Source: Fistulifera solaris
Taxonomy: Eukaryota
Length of the DNA: 64,000 bases
Reading direction: 5' to 3'
Assembly: GCA_030295235.1 (NCBI GenBank)
Contig: AP026155.1
Location: 434,001-498,000, forward strand
A program made the position numbers and the translations under genes. Positions 1 to 13,435 of the stretch are shown piece after piece (the stretch's first letter is position 1; every line of letters begins with the position of its first letter). The notes beneath the pieces are model-generated. The model was given only the letters and a program-made list of their open reading frames with translations, had not been told where the DNA came from and searched no databases.

Positions 1-1329
1 CGTGTTTTCTCACAAAAGATCGGCCTCGGAAGGTGTTTCATGGTGCAGCCTACTCTGGAAAACACGGGTTGCCTCGAGTTCGCGGATCTACCAAAGGATG
101 CGAACGATGCACTCTTGCAAGGCCATGACTTGAAACGCATCATCATGGAAGCGAAACCAGTTCCTCATGAACAGGTTCTATCATTCAGCGATTTGCAAGA
201 CAGCGTGCTGCATGAAATACTGCATCCAGAAAAGTACGAAGGAACCAAGTTACCCAGCTTGCCGAAATTCTCTGCGGTCGTGAAAGGTCTAAGAAGAGGT
301 ACGGATTTCTACTGGTGCTTTCAATATCAGGTGCTTCTGTTTGTTGCTTACAAATCGCCTTTTGTTTTCGTCTTGTTACAGGAGAACTCACCGTCGTGAC
401 AGGACCCACGGGATCCGGGAAAACGACTTTCCTAGGTACGTGTTATCGATTTCTCGCTTTCTTCTCATCGTAAACATTGAGCTTCACTCTCACTATCTGC
501 ATGACAGGTCAAATGTCGCTAGACTTGGCCGAACAAGGCGTGAACGTTCTTTGGGGTAGTTTTGAAGTGCGCAACACAAGACTCATTCACAAGTTGCTGC
601 AACAGTTCGCCCGACAGCCCTTACCGAAAGGCGACCCTTCCTCCGCGGATAAGCTGAAAGATATAGCCAAGCGCTTCGGGGAGCTACCGTTGCACTTTCT
701 CAAGTTCCATGGAGCTTCCGAGCTGGAAGAAGTGCTGGATGCCATGGAATATGCTGTTTACGTCCATGACTGCGAACATATTGGTAAGTTTCAGAGAGTT
801 TCGGTCTTGCCTCCTCTGTCACTTCCCACTCACACAACACGCACTACTACATATTTGGGTAGTCCTGGACAATCTCCAATTCATGATTTCACGCCAAAAC
901 CTCGCAACGCGTAGCGGGAACTCCAATTTCGACAAATTTGATGCCCAAGACATTGCTATTGAGAAGTTTCGCAAATTCGCCACTGAACGAAATGTTCACC
1001 TGTCGTTGGTGGTCCACCCTCGCAAGGAAGACGAGTCGTCCCGTCTCGGCATTTCTTCTATCTACGGCAGCGCGAAAGCGACACAGGAGGCCGACAATGT
1101 ACTGATATTACAAAAAGACAATCAAAAAAAGTATCTCGATGTACGAAAGAATCGCTTTTCCGGTGATTTGGGCGCCACCGAAATCTTTTTCGATCGCGCC
1201 ACGAACCGTTACACGGAAGCACCCACAAATCATGTCGTAACACCCCAAATCATTAACAAAGCTCCTAAAGCATCGATCGAAGATCACTGGGGCAAATATT
1301 TCTCGTCACAACTCACAGAAAACAGATGA
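1..1329 (+). CDS. TWNK: Twinkle-like organellar primase-helicase (SF4/DnaB-type), 3' part, spliced; 5' end outside window
   Basis: End of TOPRIM-like region (PKDAND). Walker A GELTVVTGPTGSGKTT in a short exon ~383-435, then LDNLQFM, VVHPRK, GSAKATQEADNV and KNRFSGDLG. GT-AG introns at ~299-382, ~436-507 and ~784-861. Confidence 0.9.
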
Positions 1330-1402
1330 ATCAACAGAACGCAGGCTTGTTCTATTCATAAAATCTTTAGATTCTCTTTTGCAATGTGCCAGCTTACTAT
1401 CA

Positions 1403-2158
1403 CTATTTGTGCTCCGCAATCAGTTCCTGTAATTTTGAAGGATTCGCCCCCATCATTCGATCGACAATCTCCCCGCCTTTGATAAACAGAAATGTGGGCA
1501 TGGCAGATACTAGATAGAGAGAAAGAATAGAGTGAGAATGGCAATCGTTCCAGAAAATCAAGTTTTTCTAAAAGATCGACTTACCGTTGTACTTCGCAGC
1601 CGCTGTATTGATTAACGATTCGATGCAGGCAACAATTCGAAATAATTGAGAAAATACAAAACAAGAGTCTGATGTTTGTCATTAGCACTTACTATCCGGA
1701 TTCTCGTCAACGTCTACTTTCAGAAAAACAACATCATCGAACGATTCCGACAATTCATGAAACTAGTAAAAACGACGTGAGCTGCTTGTCGTAGGAGGAC
1801 GTGCAACAAACGAGAGATACATACCACCGGAGAAATCATTTTGCAAGGTCCACACCTGCCAAATGGGCCGTGAGACGCCGTTTCACAGAACCTTGAAATG
1901 AGAGAATGCGACTGGACGGACTTACCATGTGGCAGTAAAATCAATCACCACAAGCTTCGATTCCGCACCGGCTTTAAGGAGAATGGCTTCAACATCTTCT
2001 AAACTATCAGGCTCAACGACGGACCCACCACGAACTTGCAAGGCTGGAATACGTTGCGGAATGCCAAACAGCGGTGTCGTCGCCGGTCGAGGAGCGGGCG
2101 TGGCGTGAATCATGATCACGTTCCAAAAGAACAGAAGAGCGAGTTGAAATCGAATCAT
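1403..2158 (-). CDS. Thioredoxin (WCGPC) with N-terminal signal peptide, 5 exons
   Basis: Spliced reading: MIRFQLALLFF...QVRGG...VVIDFTATW|CGPCKMISPV|FHELSESFDDVVFLKVDVDENPD|TAAKYN|VSAMPTFLFIKGGEIVDRMMGANPSKLQELIAEHK*. Four canonical GT-AG introns; one homopolymer indel in the last exon. Confidence 0.9.
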
Positions 2159-3274
2159 GGCAGATTGAAAAGGTCAGGTTGACTATTCAGATAGGAAGCA
2201 AGAAGAAGAACGATTTCAGGTAATCATATACTTGTACTGCGACAGAATGAGGCGATGTGGGCGCGGTGATCTTTCTGGTTGACGGTTGACTCCAAGTGGA
2301 GATTTTGCATGTCCGTGTCAATGTCACAAAGTATCACGTTTCGAGTATAAGCAACACTGTGCCCGGTACGACACGAAAAATGGCCGATCTGAGAAAAGGC
2401 TAAACTGGTCGCATGCTTTGCCACTTGCCACTTCGCCTCTTTAAAATGCTACACGGATAGCACAGAAGCTGTGGGTCGCTTGTCTAAAAGGAAGACCAGT
2501 TCATTTCTAAGAGGAAGTCTTTTTATCAAATATCCTTCTATTCCAAGCAGCTGGCTGTCTTATAAATTGACTTGATGTAATCGAAATTAATGTATCATTG
2601 CCATTATTTTACGTTATGCAACACTGTCAAGCTTCATATGCTAGGGAAGTCGCCGTTTTTGCCGAACGTATCGAGAGAGATGATTGGTTTTTTAAATGAA
2701 AAAGCGATGAATTAGGGCGCAAAACTCAACGCTTTTGGGTCTAATATCGAGGAAACAATCGTCTTCGGAAATTTCAGCGTTCTTTCAAGAGAAATTACAT
2801 GGTTATTGTTGGTTCCAGAGAAAAAGTGAGGTGTTCGGTATTCGGTTTCGTTGGAACGGACGAAGTCTTTTGTGTCTGGGTCTTGGTACAGTAAAATTCA
2901 TTGATGTGTCCCAGTGCGTGATGATGACGTCTAATTTCAGAGCAGTCACCCGCGATAGTCGTATGGCACACAAAGTACTAAATATTTTGAGACCCTTACC
3001 CAACACCCAACCACTTTTTGACTTTTGACTTTTGACCGTTGTCTGTTTTCTTCACCTCTACTTTGTACTTTGTACTCCGATGCTTTATTCATGCCTCCGT
3101 GCATTCACGTATGTGTACCGTCTTCGTAGTCACCTCACCACCGATCAGCGCAAGTATTTCAAAAAAATTGCTCGAGCAGGTTCTTGCAAAAAGGATACCC
3201 ATCAATCGTGTATCTTTTTCACATTTTTCAATATACCTTTTACAATTCGAATCTTGTTAGAGCTAAGATCGAAG

Positions 3275-4957
3275 ATGATGAAAGTAATATCCAGCATTCT
3301 TTTGTTCATGTTGGGCGCGACAGCCTTCGCGAGCCTCGATTGTCCCTTGCAAGGTGACGTCGTGTTGACCGACGGTTTCTCACTCTCTCAGGCGATGAAC
3401 ACAGAAGAGCAGACGGTCACCGTGCAGTTGACTTACCAGGGTCAGGGATGGATTGGTATGGGCTTTGGGACGGGTATGCTGAATTCTGTCGCAGTGATTG
3501 GTTTTCCGGACGAAAACCCCGCTCTCTATAGACTTGGCGGGTATGACAGGGCCAGTGTGACGGAACTAGACGATCAATCGGCACTGCGAGATCGAGATTT
3601 CACGCAAACGGAAACAGAAAGTATTTTGACATTTACCCTGTCGTTGACAGAAAATGTAGGCATTAATCTCATGGCGGGCGAAGAAACTAGCATCATCGCC
3701 GCATTCGGAATGTCGAACACGTTGGACTATCATTCGTTTCGCACGGTTAAGAGCGTGACTTTCACGGAATGCAACGGCGCTATACCCACAGATTCCATGA
3801 CGACGCCTGCTCCCGTGGCCGGCGAGGATGCTATGCCTTCCGTCGATGGTCCTGTAGAAGCTCCTGTGTCGGCGCCGGTGGCCAGCGATTCGTCCCCTGC
3901 CGAGGGCGTCATCAGTATCGGCAATGGTGCAACACTGTTTACCGAAGCAAATGAGGAACAAGGAACTATCTTTTTTGAAATTGTGTACGAAGGACAAGGG
4001 TGGATTGGGTTTGGCGTCTCACCTGGTCAAACGATGGTGGGTAGTGAAGTGATCATTGGCGTTCCGGGCAGTGCCGTCGGACCCACCAACCCTGGAAAGT
4101 ACACCTTATCCAGCCAATCTCTCGGCGGCGTTACCTTATTGCCAAGTGAAAAACAAACGCTGATTGATGCTACCATTGAACAAAACGAAACGCACACTGT
4201 GCTTCGATACTCGAAGCTCATGGAGGAAGATGGAGAGTTTTCGCTTTCTGCAGATGAGCCCAACCCTTTCGTGTTTGCTACTGGTATCAGCAACGCTTTG
4301 GGCAATCATAACCAGCGTTTCACATTCAGTGCAAGCATTGGCGGTAGTGCTTCGGGTTTTAGTAACGAGCCTCGACGTGAACTTTGGGCTGCTCACGGAG
4401 CTATGATGACGATTGCTTGGGGTATTCTCGTCCCTCTTGCAATTAGTTGCAGTCTGCTGCGTGATTTAATTCCCGGACCAGAAGGTTTGTGGTTTAAACT
4501 ACATCAATTTCTTAACTCTCTGGCCATCACATTCACGATTGTCGGGTTTGCCATCGCGGTATATGCCATCAATGATCAGTCAGAGGGAGAACCGGAACAT
4601 TTCGATGACTCCCCAAAACACAAGTTAATCGGCCTGATTATCTTCATCCTGGCAATTGTTCAAGGCTTAATCGCAGCGTTTCGTCCTCACCTCCCGAAGG
4701 CCGACAAAAACGAAGAGAACCCAGAACAGCCGAAGGAGAAGTCAACACTCCGCTTTTTGTGGGAAATCAAGCATCGAGTTGTTGGCTTTACCCTTCTTGG
4801 TTTATCTTGGTACAACGTCGATTCGGGGCTTCAACTATTCGCAGACCTTTTTCAAGTGGACGACATGGGTGTAGTGTTTTGGGTGGTCGTCGGAGTGATC
4901 AGTGGTGTCGCCATTCTCTTGTTCGCATTTACCAAGCTACGACAAAGTAGCGATTGA
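3275..4957 (+). CDS. DOMON (x2) + cytochrome b561 membrane protein (ferric-chelate reductase-like)
   Basis: Signal peptide MMKVISSILLFMLGATAFA. Two repeats with YxGQGWIGxG..M...VIG and a distal His (DYH, NH). C-terminal TM bundle with four His (AAHG, KLHQ, KHK, KHR). Confidence 0.88.
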   Translation: MMKVISSILLFMLGATAFASLDCPLQGDVVLTDGFSLSQAMNTEEQTVTVQLTYQGQGWIGMGFGTGMLNSVAVIGFPDENPALYRLGGYDRASVTELDDQSALRDRDFTQTETESILTFTLSLTENVGINLMAGEETSIIAAFGMSNTLDYHSFRTVKSVTFTECNGAIPTDSMTTPAPVAGEDAMPSVDGPVEAPVSAPVASDSSPAEGVISIGNGATLFTEANEEQGTIFFEIVYEGQGWIGFGVSPGQTMVGSEVIIGVPGSAVGPTNPGKYTLSSQSLGGVTLLPSEKQTLIDATIEQNETHTVLRYSKLMEEDGEFSLSADEPNPFVFATGISNALGNHNQRFTFSASIGGSASGFSNEPRRELWAAHGAMMTIAWGILVPLAISCSLLRDLIPGPEGLWFKLHQFLNSLAITFTIVGFAIAVYAINDQSEGEPEHFDDSPKHKLIGLIIFILAIVQGLIAAFRPHLPKADKNEENPEQPKEKSTLRFLWEIKHRVVGFTLLGLSWYNVDSGLQLFADLFQVDDMGVVFWVVVGVISGVAILLFAFTKLRQSSD

Positions 4958-5030
4958 TCAGGGAAGTCTAACGTTTATACATAAAAAATAGTTTTGTTGC
5001 TGATGAACCAAACTCTTTAACATCGCTAAG

Positions 5031-7147
5031 CTAGATGATCACCGCCGGCGTAGAACGGCTGTTTTGTCGGCGAATTTGCTGGTCCCCAAGCCCAATGATT
5101 CTCATCAAAATCGTCCATAGGCTTAATGGAAAGAAACCTCTGTCACCTGGAGGCCGTAGTACAAGGGCCGTCGACTGCCCTGTGCTAATCTGTTCCGAAG
5201 TTACAGCGATAGAACTGTCTTCCTCGGCTTTACCATTGTCAGTATCAGTCGACTGGCTCTCAACTGTTTCACCAGTAAGTTGAGCTTCCGCCGTAGTGCT
5301 TGAGAGTTCCACGCTTTCCTTCTTTGATAATGTCAAACTGCCTTTATCAGGATTCTGTGACACTGAATGGAACTTAGATTGCAGCAAACTTATCTTTGTG
5401 CAACACTCTGCATCTCCACTCTTAGCTAAAGATATTTTGAAGTCGAGATCCTTAATTTGTTCACGCAATCCGCGAACCAAGTTAATTCCTCCTGAGAGCC
5501 CTCGTTTCTCCACTTCTGACAAATTTCGAGCATTTTCTTCCGAAAGATCAGCGATCGATACTCGGAGCATCCTAATTTTACTTTCAGAAGCTGCAATTTG
5601 ACCAATCAGTTGCTGTCTCTGGTGTTCTTCGTCTTCATTCGACTCGGGCGGTCCCTTATTCTGCACAAATACTTGCGATGCAATTTTTTCTCCTTCTGGG
5701 CCACACTTTTTCACCCAGTATTCCAACTCGTCTTCGCTGTTCACCCATGCTTCCTGCAATCTATCCAATTCATCTTGCTTTGACTCAAGTGTAGACCGCA
5801 AGCTTCTTACATGTGAAGCTAAGGCCGACGCTCCGCTTCCTAAAAGAAGAAGACCACTGCATACAGCAACCTCCTCTCCAAGATTGTCAAGACAACTCGA
5901 TAATGCATTCGACAGCGCATGCGATTCATCAAGACGATTGAGAAGGCTGGAAATGGACTGCGGCTCACCTCGATTTAACACAACTGATTTTTTCGGTCCA
6001 TTGCCATTCGTTGCCGCCCCATTACTAACGTGCAGCTGAGTCGGCCGTAACAATTCTTCGCACTTCAAAGCTCCCATCTCCACACTCCAATCATACAAGT
6101 GTTTGCCTCCGATGTCAATTTGATGCGGCATACCGGATGCCAAAAGCTGTCGCAGTCTGTCTACTTCATCGGACCCAATGCAGCGGAGTGCTTCGGCCGT
6201 AAACGCATGCCGGATCCCCTCTCGTTTCGACAGAGGAATATCCAGCGGCTCAATCTTGGTCCGCCTATGATTTTCATGCGTAGCTTCATTCGACGCACTG
6301 GTATCTCGTCCGAACACCAACTCCCACGCCGATGCATCATCGTAGCGATTGAGGTGACTCGTTGATTTCTCCATTTGTCTCGTCTTTTCTTGAATCACAG
6401 TCACATTGGGGCGAATACTCGGATCAGCACCCATTCTAAGAAGGCAATTCGTGGCGTTGACAGATCCGTACGAGACAGCAATATGAAGCGGTGGTATTGT
6501 GGAATTATCGTTGCCATCTAAGAGGGTTGTGGGTCCATTTTTTCCTCCGCCAGAATCGAATTCAAAATATCAACGCGATCATGTTCTGCGGCAAGTGATA
6601 GCAATGATAGCTTCTCGGCAGTGGAAGTCACATCTTCTTCTTCTTCTTCTTCCTCCTCGTCTTCGCTACCATTTTCTTTAGCATGTTGTCTCTCGCTTTC
6701 CGTTTTTTGTGTATTATTGTTTCCTTGAGACGGCTCGGAATCATCATCCGAGTCTGAGTCAGGCAATTGATACTCGTTTTTATCACGGTCTTCTTCCTCT
6801 CCAAAAGTCAAGCCAGAATCCAGTCTCGCCCGGGCCGATGATTTCGCCGTCTTGACGAACTCGATGGGAACACATTCAAGTTGGTCCTCTAAACCGTTCT
6901 CGTCATTCTCTAAGTTTGCTTCATCTTCACGAGACGGAGGGTTCTCCGTTTCCTGTATCTCTTCCTTTTCTATATTCTTAGCGATATCTTCAGGTTCAGC
7001 ACTCAGGTGTTCGTTTTCTTTAGGAGGCGCTTCATTCGGAGACAAGTCTTCTTCGGAGTCGACCTCCTCCGACGAATACTCCTCCGAACCATATTCACTC
7101 GAGTAGTCGTCTTCGTCTTCCTCGGCCTTTCGCCAAAACCAAGGCAT
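5031..7147 (-). CDS. Ankyrin-repeat protein with acidic N-terminus and coiled-coil C-terminus
   Basis: LAAEHDRVDIL and IPPLHIAVSYGSVNATNCLLRMGADP ankyrin motifs. ORFs 6518-7147 and 5031-6434 join across a frameshift in the T-run near 6540. Confidence 0.75.
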
Positions 7148-7952
7148 AATTGAGTATTAGCACCCTTAAGGAGCAGCTTCTATGCTTGTAAATGTCCAAG
7201 AGAGCCAATCTTTTGAGAGACCCAACAACAACATCAAATAATAAAACGATCATGATCGTCCTTTAGCGTTTGCGGTGCAGTATGCAGTTTGTACTGAACG
7301 AATCTGAGCCTGTTTTGTTGTTAAGGCGTTAACGACAGCGGAGTTCTACTAGTGGGATACAGGCTTGTCGTCTCGTGATTCAGAGAACCAGGGCGATCAG
7401 GCCTAAGCACAAGGCGCGGCCTATACCTGGTAGACAAAAAGTACGCGAGGGCCCAACTCCAATTCGATAGTCTCAAGAAACACTGGTAGAGGAAGACAAA
7501 AATACGGGAATTAAGTTGATGAGCGCTAGGGTAAGCCCTTTTACTTGGTAGTATCTGTCATTCGAGTCCTTGAACATTTTTTCTTCCAGCTAGTTGTCGG
7601 AAATGGAGCTATTTTCGAGCCGTCCGGAGCTACTCGTTGCCACATCTGTATGTCAGAGCTGAAAGACCCAAGTATTCCTTTTCTTACCGGATCCCTCGAG
7701 CTAGACCTAATCAGAAGCTTATTTTACAATATCATTGCTGCACCTTGAAGAACCGAGACGTGAGCGAGATAAGCAATCAAGGATAAAAGACGCACACTAG
7801 AGGACAATGGAAGACATATTATTACTAACAAGTGGGATCGATAGTCAAAAATCTCAGATGAGTTTGCATTAGCTAACGACAACATCTGTAACTAAAGAAG
7901 CCCATGCATAGATAGAATTTGAAGGTACAAGAACAGCGTCTAAGTAAAGCAA

Positions 7953-8723
7953 TTAGGCTTCCGCGGATCCTGTAGCCTTGTCCCAAGCTTTCTTAAGCTG
8001 ACTGGGACTAGCTTCCAAGAAACCAGAGTATCCCATAGCACCTACCAAAGTGGACATAGCTTTGTCAACGTCAACACCGTTATCTTTGGCAAAGGCCTCG
8101 GCTTTAAATTTGGCGGCATCCTTAGTGAACGCCTTGAGTGTGTCTTCCGCCTTTTTCAAGTCGAGACTGACCGTTGAGACAGCCTCCGCAAACCAAGGTT
8201 CGTCTCCACCATCCGCAGCACCCGAGTAGGAACTCTGGCCAACGGGGCTGGTTCCTGGAACTCGCCAGTTGTTGGGGCTTACGGCACCGAATTGACCCTG
8301 GCCACCGTCTCCAGCTGAGGCAGGAACGTAACTGTTCTTTTGCCAAAGTCCAAGTCGAAGCTCATGGACAAAGCCGAGGCTGTTGTTGAGTGAATTAAAT
8401 GCAGGAATGATCAAGGTTCGATGTCAAATAAATCATAGGTGAGGCATCATTGCAATGCACGCAATCAAGACATCCAGAAGCGAATTGTTGAAGAATGACA
8501 GAAGAAGAACGGTAGCATAAGATCAGCGAGAGAGAAAGAGTGAGATTAAACCCCCATAAAAAACATTTACACCAGATATCAAAGTCGGTGCTGGGTTACA
8601 AATGGGTGATAACACGGTTTCAGCCTACATCGGATAAATCTACGTACATCGAACGCCGAACGCGGCGGGAGCGAATGCCGAGGTTGTGGCAGCAGATGCA
8701 ATCAAGGCAGCAATGATCTTCAT
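7953..8723 (-). CDS. Small plastid-targeted protein of unknown function (2 exons)
   Basis: Exon 1 MKIIAALIASAATTSAFAPAAFGVR carries the ASAFAP-type motif. GT-AG intron ~8647-8380. Exon 2 SSALSMSFDLDFGK[indel]KNSYVPASAGDGGQGQFG...KAWDKATGSAEA. Confidence 0.8.
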
Positions 8724-9223
8724 GGTAATAGTGTTGATTGAGCCTTTAGAGTGACTTTGAGAGGAACGCAAACGCAACGTCAAAGATATCCACGCGTTTC
8801 GTCCAGTCTTTTTTTAGGTAACCGATGTTGAGGTAAAAGATCGAACGTTGCGACCGATGCGTCTTTTACTCTATGGGTAAACTGTACGATGGCTCGTCAG
8901 CCTTTCTCGTTTGACCTTTTCCCTTTGTTACGAGTCGAGTCACGAATACATTTGGATGAACTCAGGACTCAGGACTTCTTGGAATTAGACTTTACACGGG
9001 ACTGCCTTTCCCTTTTTCTCTAACAGGTACCGGTACCGGTACCAGTACTGTACGGTCTGTACCTGTACGGTGCTCACTTTAGATTATTTCCCCTTGTCTT
9101 TTGCCCAAACGCGGGACGCCAACGAGGATTTCCTTTTCTCAATCCTTCTCACACAACGAAGACACCTCCTTTGAAATTCGTTCATATTCATTACGCTCCT
9201 TGTCTAGTCTTCATAATCGCCTT

Positions 9224-10236
9224 ATGCTTACACGGCCACTCACAGTCTTCTATCTGCTGGTACCCACTTGCGCTTTTGTGGCAAACCGTTGGCGCATCAG
9301 AGCAACCAACCTTTTTCAGCTAGGGAAACCGTTTCCATTTCCCCAGAATGGAAATTATGGAACGACGATGTACCTTGTGTTCAAATTGTCAACCAAATGC
9401 CAGAAAATCTTCCTAGAGACATGAAGAACAAGTATTACTTGTTGAGACATGGACAATCGACCGCGAATGTCGACGAAATCATCTCATCGGCGAGATCGCT
9501 GGCCTACACCAACAAACACGGCCTCACCTCCAGAGGATACGACCAGGGCTTCGATTCTTCTTCATCACTGATTGAACTACTGAAAGAATCAGCCGAAAAA
9601 GGAGACCGCGTAGTGTTCGTTTCTTCTCCTCTCGCACGGGCGAGGGAAACAGCCAAAGCCTGTCTGGATGGTTTATTCCAAAATGAGACTAATGTGAAGC
9701 AATGGAGAGACGGACTGGGTGTTGCTGTATCGAAGAACATTTACTATCACGATTTGCTAGTTGAAAGAAGCTTTGGAAGGTTAGATGGCGAAGGTAAGTA
9801 CTTCGTTGTTCTTGCGCTCGGTGGTCTCAAATACCTTCCCTCATGTAACCTATTCTGGACGCAAGCAATCTATACTTATGCATACGTCTGGCCGCTCGAT
9901 CGAATGAATGTAACGCACACTGCGTTTGATGTTGAATCGGTTGCAGCTGTTTGTACCCGCATAAAGAGGCTTTTTGAGGATCTCGAAAACGCGGACTTTT
10001 CAAAATCGTTTGACAATACACCGGATTTTAAAGGAGTCGCTCATGTCGTGTGTGTTTCGCACGCGGATGTTTTGCAAATAACTCAGCTCTACGCGGCAGA
10101 AGTGCCGAATGTGGGCGAGTTTTCGTCCTATCGATTTGCGAATGGAGAAATTCGGCGACTGCAACCTGGTGCTGGTCTGGCGTCCTTGCCGGAAGCGAAT
10201 CACTTGCAGAAACCATACAGAGGAACTCGAACATAA
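9224..10236 (+). CDS. Histidine phosphatase / phosphoglycerate mutase family protein, probably plastid-targeted
   Basis: LLRHGQSTAN, SSPLARARETA, LVERSFG and VSHAD motifs. Signal peptide ending TCA-FVA. In-frame intron ~9793-9865; indel near 9315. Confidence 0.85.
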
Positions 10237-10277
10237 ATTGAAACTAGCTCATAACTGCCGGGCTCACTAACATTAAG

Positions 10278-12790
10278 CTACTGCTCTGGGTATTGCTCAT
10301 CATCCAAATTAAAGTCTGGCAAAATGGGACAGTTCTCCAAATGTAGCGAATGCATCTGGAAGCAACACAAGACCGACTCTGGCAACTCCTCCTCGGACAC
10401 TCCTTCTATTATAAAAGCAAAAGCTATTGAAACCGATTTTGTGTGTCCTCTCACCACGCTCAAAATGCCTTTTGCAATCGAAGAGGCAGTTATTATGACA
10501 TCGACTTCGTATACTCCTTTTCGAGTCAGATCCCTGTCGCGGAAGAAATATTGCAAAGGGATGACCTTTCCTAGCAAAGCGGGCGATTTCCCTGGACCGA
10601 CGGCTGCTTTGACAATCCATGGACCCTCAACAACTACCGGAAGCAGTTTTAGGCGGGCATCGCGGTATTCTTGATCACCGTGACAAAACTTGCCCCAGAC
10701 ACCCTGGAGCTTTTGCGGAAACATATCCAGTGGCGGTATCGAAAAGTATGCAACCAAATTGCCGAAAGGTAGCAAAAATTTACTAGAAACGTGTCCTCGT
10801 CGGCTAATCGTCCACCAAGAACGCTGGGATGGCGTGCGATGTTATGTCTAGGGTTATCCGACATCCACATGTCAACTCCTCGACATGTCAGCGGTGCTGG
10901 CCCCGACAAAACTTTTACCTTATCAGTTAGGTAATTTGCGCCACGTACATGAAAGATATTCGTCTCGGGTTGGCTCCAGCATGAATGACCATCTTTCGAA
11001 GGGAATTTTGGCAGCGGTGACGATAGTCGCTCATCCTCGAAAGAAACGAATGGACGAAGGGGGATTGCTTCTTCGCCGTCAGACTCTTCGCAATCATCAT
11101 CGACGGAGATTTCAAGTCGTGTGACCTCAGTATCTTTAATTGTGACTTGGGCAGTGCCGTCAGCATTGTCTCGCTGATTCTTTACAACGGGAGATTGACG
11201 CGGCAAGGAAGTCACTTCGCTACTTTTCTCCATAACTATCGAACCAAAGCATGCAGCACCAGCCCAGGACAAGATTAGCAGATCGAGGCGTATCGTAACA
11301 GCAGGAATAAATTGCCCAAGAACACAACCTGTCAATGGAAGAACAGCCGTCGCAAGGAATAGCATTGATTGAGAAGGAAACGGAACCAAAGCTTTATCGC
11401 ACCAAAGGTAGCCAAAGGAGAGCACTCGGGCGGCAAACTCATCGACTGCCGATTGCTTTGTAGCACACGAGTGTAACCATTCCTTGACGAAACGATCCGT
11501 AGATATTGTACTATCAAGAGCGATTGTTGTCTTTGTCGTCAAGATTGATAAACCATCATGTCCCTCTAACAGGCGCACGGAGAGTGGAGCAACATTTACT
11601 TGTGAAGGCGACGAGGCCGATGACAAGCAAAGAAATGATTTCAATGCGCTGGTATTGACGGTTTTAGCATCCACAACGATGCTTCGAAGCAGGCTGTCAA
11701 CAACGGAAAGCGTCGCTTTCAATTGTTCCACACGTGGACGAGTCGACAGTCGGGATAACTGACGAATCATTCCTCTGCGCGAATCGTCAATTTGAAAGTC
11801 AATAATATCCACCAATTTTTGGAAATCGTTAGCTGTTCGAAGAATAGACCATTGTTCTGCTATATGTCGTCGCTGCAACAACAGCACTCGAATCTCGTAA
11901 GCAATCTCAAAGCGTAGACTTCGCGCTAGTCGGACCACGCGATACTGCGTTACGCGAGTAATCACAATTTTCGAGGGGTTGCTTTCTGCTTTGGAAGTCC
12001 TCGACGCATGGCGCTTCTGAGTCCCAGTTGAACCGCTCTCTCGTGTCGTCACGTCAATCTGATCAGACTCTGTTTCATTCACATGACTGGTCGTTAATGA
12101 TGAATTCTCAGCCAGAGACTCGATTTTCGTGTCTTCTTCTTCAAATAAGCAAGCTTCAAACACGCGCACCCCTAACATGTCCTCATTCTCCGAAACTGAC
12201 TCATCAATCCTGGGTTTTAGTAGCAAGGGTGATGGTAATTCATCTTTCCACCAAGGGCTTACAATCGGTCCTGACCTAGGAGATAATAAGGTGGTTAAAT
12301 GAGTGACATTCCTAGTAGCCGCCCACTGCAAAGCGACAACCCACATCTGAGCCTCTTCCAGAGTCGCTACTGCACACAAAAAATCACGCTGCTCATGCTG
12401 AACTGGATCTGGCGAACATTGCAACGTTTCTGTATCAGAGGACAGCAGCCTTTGCCCCCGAAACATAAAACCATAAGTACTGGTCGGCAATCCGACGTGC
12501 ATATCACGGAAAGTAGTCGCGTCCAGAATTCGAGCTTGAAATAAAATCAGCGTGTACCTAGGAACGCGACATCCCGAACCATTTTCTTCGTAATACCGAA
12601 CCAAACCATTGTCCCAAACTTCCAAATAGCGCGGCCTCCACACGCGGCGAATTTTTCCTCTCACGTGAGCTCGACCAGAGTGACGAATTTGGGGTTCTGT
12701 CGGAAGCAAGGAATGTCGATCGAGTGAAACGCGCCGTGCTTTGCTGTTGACATGCGAACCGTTCTGCGGTGATCTAGCATTGGATTTCAT
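10278..12790 (-). CDS. PH-domain + DUF1336 (EDR2 C-terminal-like) protein
   Basis: N-terminal PH (WRPRYL...EEAQMWVVAL), central hydrophobic segment, C-terminal FHVRGANYLTDKVK...RLKLLPVVVEGPWIVK...EELPE. Frameshift in A-run ~10775. Confidence 0.82.
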
Positions 12791-13435
12791 TTTTTCGTCG
12801 AACGACGGACAACTGCTTGCAATCTAGCACCGCAAACGTTTCACGAGTTTTGTCGTTTACGAAAGAAAAACAGAAGTGAGAGAAAAGATATGATGCCTTT
12901 TTTCCCCAATCATTTGAACGTTTCGTGCTGTTGATGTGCGCTGTTCACGAAGGTGTTCGTTTGAAATAACTTTTCACATCAAAAACTGCGGGAGACGCCC
13001 TACATAGTGTACAATCGGAGCGACTGTCCTCCACACTTGGCTAAGTAAAAAACAAACTTGTACAGAACACGTTTTTTCAACGGGACACCGATTCAGGTCA
13101 CTGAAGCTGTGGTTCGAGACCACTCACTCTCTCGAGAGAGAGACTGTGAAAACGGGTCTCTACCTGGTACTGGACTAGTTTTTGTTGGCTCTAGCTTCTT
13201 CAGTCAACCATCCATGCAACGCTTCAAAACGACAAAGTACACAATATCTTCATTGTCAACAACGCCAACGTTCGTATCTGAACACTCATAACTCACCAAG
13301 TCGTCGATACTTTTGGTGAACGCACCATACTTGTTCACAACAAAGTCTTCCGAAATGAACAGAAGAATCATCATCGTCCGAGGTCGAACACAATAAATTT
13401 AGCTATGAGTAGGGTTACTTCCTGGGTTAAGAAAG

